Part shown: in pieces, positions 58,543 through 64,000 of the stretch
Numbering within the stretch: position 1 is the first letter of the stretch
Layout: every line of letters starts with the position of its first letter
Origin: Fimbriosthenelais zetlandica
Lineage: Eukaryota
Direction of reading: 5' to 3'
Assembly: GCA_977030845.1 (NCBI GenBank)
Contig: OZ365112.1
Location: 12,028,001-12,092,000 of the forward strand
Length of the DNA: 64,000 nt
Translations under genes and position numbers: made by a program
Notes under the pieces: model-generated
What the model was told of the DNA's origin: nothing
Seen by the model: only the letters and a program-made list of their open reading frames with translations
The model's database searches: none

Positions 58543-61500
58543 GTAAGTTAATTATCTTTTGATATTTCATTCATTTTTCTTCCCTTTTTTTGAATCTGCA
58601 ATTTGGTTCCACCTGTTTTTCCTTATAATAGAGATCGTTAGTTTCACCTTTCCATGCCAGTTATCCGCCCATTATTTGGGTACGTTGCTATGTCCTAATT
58701 TAGCGTGCAATTTGACTTTATTTTCCGGGTCATTTCCCGTGTTCATTAATTTGGGTATTTGAGATAATATGATGAGTGATGGGACTAAACTTCCATGTTA
58801 CATTTGGAATCAAAATAGGGATTGACTGACATACTGATTGTTTTATAGCTAAATATGCTATCTATCCTATCTCCCGCCCACCTCGCCCTATATCCAGTCA
58901 GTCTTATATCCGCTTTGTCAAATTAGTTATAGAATTTGAAGTCCTGTAAGGAACTGCCTGAAGGGACTTTGCCAGAAATCACACCTGTCATATTCAGACA
59001 AACCACTATACTGCCTTTTAAAAGTGACATGAGCCCCTAGGTAGTGACTAATATTTGTGTAGCAGGGTTTGAATTGAAAGTTGTAAGCCAGGAGGGAATG
59101 GAACAGTATAAATGCTAACTTATACTTATCTATCTTATAGTTTATTACCTTTTACTTACAGTGACTTTTCTTAGCTATAACCATGACAAAATCTGAGTTT
59201 TATATTTTTCGTTCATCTATATATATCATTTTTTTAAATGAGTAAATTTTAATTGCCTTTAAAGCCACATATAATTGTGCTTGGGAAGAGATATATTTTT
59301 TCAAACATTTAATGGATTTCCTGTGTAGAATCGGTGAGTTTCAGTGCACCTGAAGTGGATAAAGCGAGGTATGAGATTGGAAATATACCTGTAACATGCA
59401 ATATGGTGAATATTCAGGAATAAACTCCATCCTCTCTGAGTGTTACTGCCGAATTATTGGGAATGTTTGTGAATTATTTAGAGCTGTTTTAAAGCCAGGG
59501 CAGAGCTGTACACAAGGGTATATGTAGGTATTGTCCGAGTGTTCATATTACTCTGATACAGCCCTGTCAATGTACTAACATACAGGCGTCTCTCTATTAT
59601 GTCAGCCTTCACTATACTCTATTTGAAAGTACTAAACTTTCACCCAAGTTAAGTTATCATAGTGTGGATTTACTTTCACTTATACCCCTCAGGAGAGGTT
59701 TTCCTGAAATATTTAGACACTAGTGAGTCTCCCACCCCATAAAATTATTTTTATGGTCGGTCATGCGGAGGACAGATTGGTTAGGATTAAAACCTATACC
59801 ATGTTATCTTACTCTAAGTTTGAATGGCTGCCTCGAATAAAAATCACATTAAATGGTGGTAAAATTTGTATCTGTGGATATAAAATAATTTCAAATCCAA
59901 CTCATTTGATACTTTACCACTTCATAATAAATAATATATCATATGTAGCCATACTTTTTTGAGAATAGTTGACGTTAATAACTCTTTTGTAACATTTTTA
60001 AAAGTGAAGTATAGAGTGAAATTTCATCTTTTATGGCGGTAGCAGAGCCTGGCCACTAAGAGCCTTATTTAGATGCAGCATGATTTAGTCATGCATCATT
60101 AATGCTGCCTCATCCCCCATGCTTCAACCATTGCATGTTCCCCTATAGATTTAATTTTTAAATACCGGATTATCACAACAAATAACGTGACTCTACATCT
60201 GTACGCCCTCCTTCTTCCTGCTTTTGAAATAATGATTTAATGAGTCGGGGAACATCCGGTTACAAATATATAGCTTATTTTTTCCAATTCAAAATATCAC
60301 AAAAGTTTGAGTATGAGCTAACGTGACACTCATTTTACTCTAAGCCTGACACAATGCAATGTTAATGCCATATTTTCTTTCTTGTTTAGTTTAGTTTGAT
60401 GCCATTTGATATAAATTTAAGGAAAAGTTTCCTTCAAAATCTATTATAAATATAAAAACTTCTAAATCCATTTTCATTCATGAAAATCAAAAAGAAAATC
60501 TGTAGAGTAAGTGATAAAAAAGCCCTTGAGACTCATTAGCATAATATGAGTCCAGTAATATTCTATTACCCTATCTCAGATAATGCTATTTACCCTCATT
60601 ATTGTAATTACTTGTAGTCCTCCATATATATATCCCCCATTGATGTCTGGCTTCTATGCTAATTTTCATTGTGGAGACATCAATGGAAAAAGTGACTATG
60701 TCACTTGCTTTTATCCATTGAATAATTAGTATTTAAACTCCCCTATTTTCTTGTGGTTTAGAATCCTGCTTCGTGATATAGCAACGAGAGTAAAATTCGT
60801 TGGATATAGGGGCTGATTTGATAATATGAAACCTTTTTTGTGGGTTGGTTTTATGCAGCTTGTGTGCAGTAAAGGTGTATATTTTGTTTGCGGTTGTTCA
60901 AGAAATCGATTCGGGGAAGGCCAAGTCTTTACATGTATTAGGGAAAATATCAAAAATATTTGTATCAATGTCGTTTTCCTTGTAAAGTTTAGCCATACTA
61001 TAAGGTTTCACTGTTCAGTACTGAGTAATAACTTAAGGTCGAACTATCAGTCTAAATTGGATCCTAAAGGAACATGAACAAAGATTAGCAGGGGCATTTT
61101 TGATACCTTCCCTTATATAGGTGGCTTGGCGATGCCGAGAAGGGGAGCATGCCTTGCTGCTCGTGTTGGTTCCTGCTCCTATTTCAGACGTTACTCATCC
61201 ACTTAGTCACTCTGTCCCTATTAAAAACATGAATCAATATACTCTAAACTTCTATTTGTTTTCTACTTGATAGTCTTAGTTACTTCTGATGTCTGTGGAT
61301 ATTTAAATTACTCTGTATTGGAGGGAGTGCAATGTAAATCCCCCTAATATCCTCAGCATAGACAGATATTTGTTTGTATCACAATTTTTTATCAATAATC
61401 TTTCAAGGTATCTATGCCCTGATCCAGGGGTCTTTCATAAGACCCCAGTGTTAAGATCCTTGGACCAATGTTGCACATCTTTGTTATGAAACAGGTACAA

Positions 61501-64000
61501 GATCTGAAATTGACAAGTGATGTTAATATAAAACACTAATTACCATTAATGGATGGGTTTGTAAGGATGTACTCTCCCCAGTACACCTGTGTTTCCGGGC
61601 TTCCCTGCCCACCCACCTCCTACCACCCCAGTCTTGCTCTATGTCCGGCTGGCACTGGGGCTGCCCCTGACTCACACCTCCTACACCTCACCTCAGTTGT
61701 CATAGTAACAGGAATCACCTGTACATGTCAGGCTGGTTATTAATGGTGGGTTATGTAAGGTGTGAAGGGATGCTGATTGCTCCTTATTGTGACTTATTTG
61801 AGGACTTCCTACTTACATCTAGGTGTGACGTGAATTAATGAACCCATCATTTTTATTGTGAAATACAAACCCAGCTGTCTCCCACCTGTTGGTTTTGGAC
61901 TCATTACCTGTTCTTCTATCATTCATCTGTTTCTTTTGTTGGAATTTCAGTTGAATCCCGTCCTAATTACGACCATATAAGTATGCCTAATATGGTGAAA
62001 ATCCTTCACCTATTACATGTATGCAAGTTTGTTGCATTGCATACATTAAATGGAAAATAGAGAAAACATCAAAGTATAATCCTAATGTCTAAAACAATAC
62101 ATTTTCCCCCAATTAAGGAGAGGAAATGAAGCCATTTAACCCTCTCGTCCACCCGTCTCTTGTTTGGTAGTTAATTGTTGAGGGTGTGGTATATAATCCT
62201 CTCTCTGTACCAGGCTGAGCCTCTAGGGGTTAATACAACCATCAAGGTGTGGGCTGTTTTCCCTTGCTCGTCTATTGTTTCTTCCAGTCCAATCCAATAA
62301 TTTTTATTTTTTATCTCACATTTTTTTTGGGAATAATTATGTGGAAACGGTTGAACATTTAACTTCTGCCATAGATAATGTGTTTGGCTATATTTTCCTG
62401 TCCATACCTACAATTAATCTCAATTAAAATCGATTTGGTTCTTCCTGGTGGAATTCAAATAAAATTCCAATTAATTACCGAGGTGAAGAAAATTTATGAC
62501 ATATTTAAACCATTAAAAATCAACATGGTTTAATGACATTTGGTCTGTGTGTAGACATGCGATATAGTCTCTAAAACACAGGAAAGTATTTCGCATTTCC
62601 AGGAAATGAAGTCTTCTCAAAAATGAACATCAGTACTTTTAGCCTTGAACATTAATATGACATCAGAATTCATCGGATTGTCTGTGGAACAGCAAATCAA
62701 CATTTTAGATCAAAATGATATGAAATCTCTTTGCTACATATGTGGTTAGGTTAATGACAAAAACAAAACTTGGATCTGGGTTTTATTTTGTTTTTTTTGT
62801 TCTTTTTACATTTTGACTTACCGGTATGTAATTCCTACATAATAGTTCTGACTGATTTAATTTTATAATTCCTATAGAAGACAGGATATACGGTAGTTTG
62901 GTATACTAGACTTCCATCTTGATGAACCTGCTCAACTTGTTGACTTTAGTCACAAAGCTTGTAAAACAGTTTATAAAAACTACTGCCATTGACGTGTGCC
63001 GGCACATCTCACCTGTCACTCTCTACACCACTAAAACTCTGACTACATTCTAAACTATTTACAACTCCCCTCAGTCCTACATTTATAACTGCCACGACCT
63101 AAATAATAATTTTAAAATTACAGTAAAATTAGTTTTCACATTTCTCACAAATAAAATCTCAATTTATTGTTTTTAGTCTTAAACTAAAATTAACTTCGTA
63201 AGTACCAATTAAGGGACTGGTGTGTGCTCTTAAATAGACTTCCCCCATTTTAATATTTTAAAATGTATGACTTTCACAATGTAGTATTTTATTTTCATTC
63301 CGTTAATCCTAATAATCCCTATTACTTTCTCTTTATCTGTCTTATACGTTTATTCCAAAGGGACAAAAAGTGATCAATACCGTCTGTAATATATAGGCAC
63401 ACGCCCACATAGGACTCAGTGCAAATTTAAAGGCACCGTTGTGGATATAGAATAGATATTTAGTGCTGGGAGGAGTCATATAGGGTGTGACTCACATACC
63501 TGCAGCTATATCAAAAAAGGCGATAACTTTTCAGTGCTTTTCCTGTGTGAAATTTCAATAGAATGTATAGTGTAAGTAATGTATATATTCGCCTATTCAG
63601 TTCAAATTTTGGTCTTAATTCTATTTAAGTCAAGATTGTATCGATAGAAACTATCTGGTGTGAATTGTGGTTATTTTAATGCAAATTAGGTAAAATTTTA
63701 ATGGGATTTCTAAGTAAAATGTTCAGAGAAAGGTCTTTTTACGCTGTCAAATTATGAAGGATTCCCACACATAATGCCTGTGTTCAGCTGGGACCTCATG
63801 CAGGGTGCGACCTATTGATGTTGTCGCCTTTCTATAGGCCTACAACTCCTGCAGACCGGTATATACCTTTTTACAGTGAAAAACTTGTTCTCTGTGTGAA
63901 ATAATTCTTTTATTTAATAACGATTTTAACGTACATGCATTCCCGCATGTTTGATGGGGAGATGTTTTACAGACAAGTGCGTGTGATGTGGATAAGATAT

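Noticed and set aside
1-64000. tRNA, rRNA, hammerhead ribozyme, CRISPR array, or intact transposase/reverse transcriptase
   Set aside because: No cloverleaf or A/B-box pair, no CTGATGA...GAAA core with paired stems, no regular repeat-spacer array, and no long ORF with DDE or RT motifs seen by eye; a covariance-model scan was not possible

Overview
AT-rich, intron-rich animal genomic DNA, probably an invertebrate bilaterian (taxon not determinable from the sequence). Most short ORFs in the track are non-coding noise. Three spliced genes can be rebuilt by hand from splice sites and reading-frame phase. (1) A synaptotagmin-15-like gene on + (TM exon 21082-21262, tandem C2A/C2B exons 39580-43103, probable luminal exons 11808-11881 and 12421-12590, 517 aa if all are used). 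(2) A complete 13-coding-exon DRG2 gene on - (51242->48318, 364 aa) with one textbook U12-type intron and one GC-AG intron. (3) COX11 on + (ATG 51797, five exons to 58542, last exon not found in the window), head-to-head with DRG2 across a very short promoter with two opposed ETS sites. Other observations: an 81-aa out-of-frame ORF overlapping the COX11 presequence, a 734-bp TIR element with a 5-bp TSD, a triple CACGTG cluster, and a possible second divergent promoter near 9.8-10.0 kb. No tRNA, rRNA, CRISPR array or intact transposase was recognised. Gene names rest on recognised protein motifs, not on database searches.
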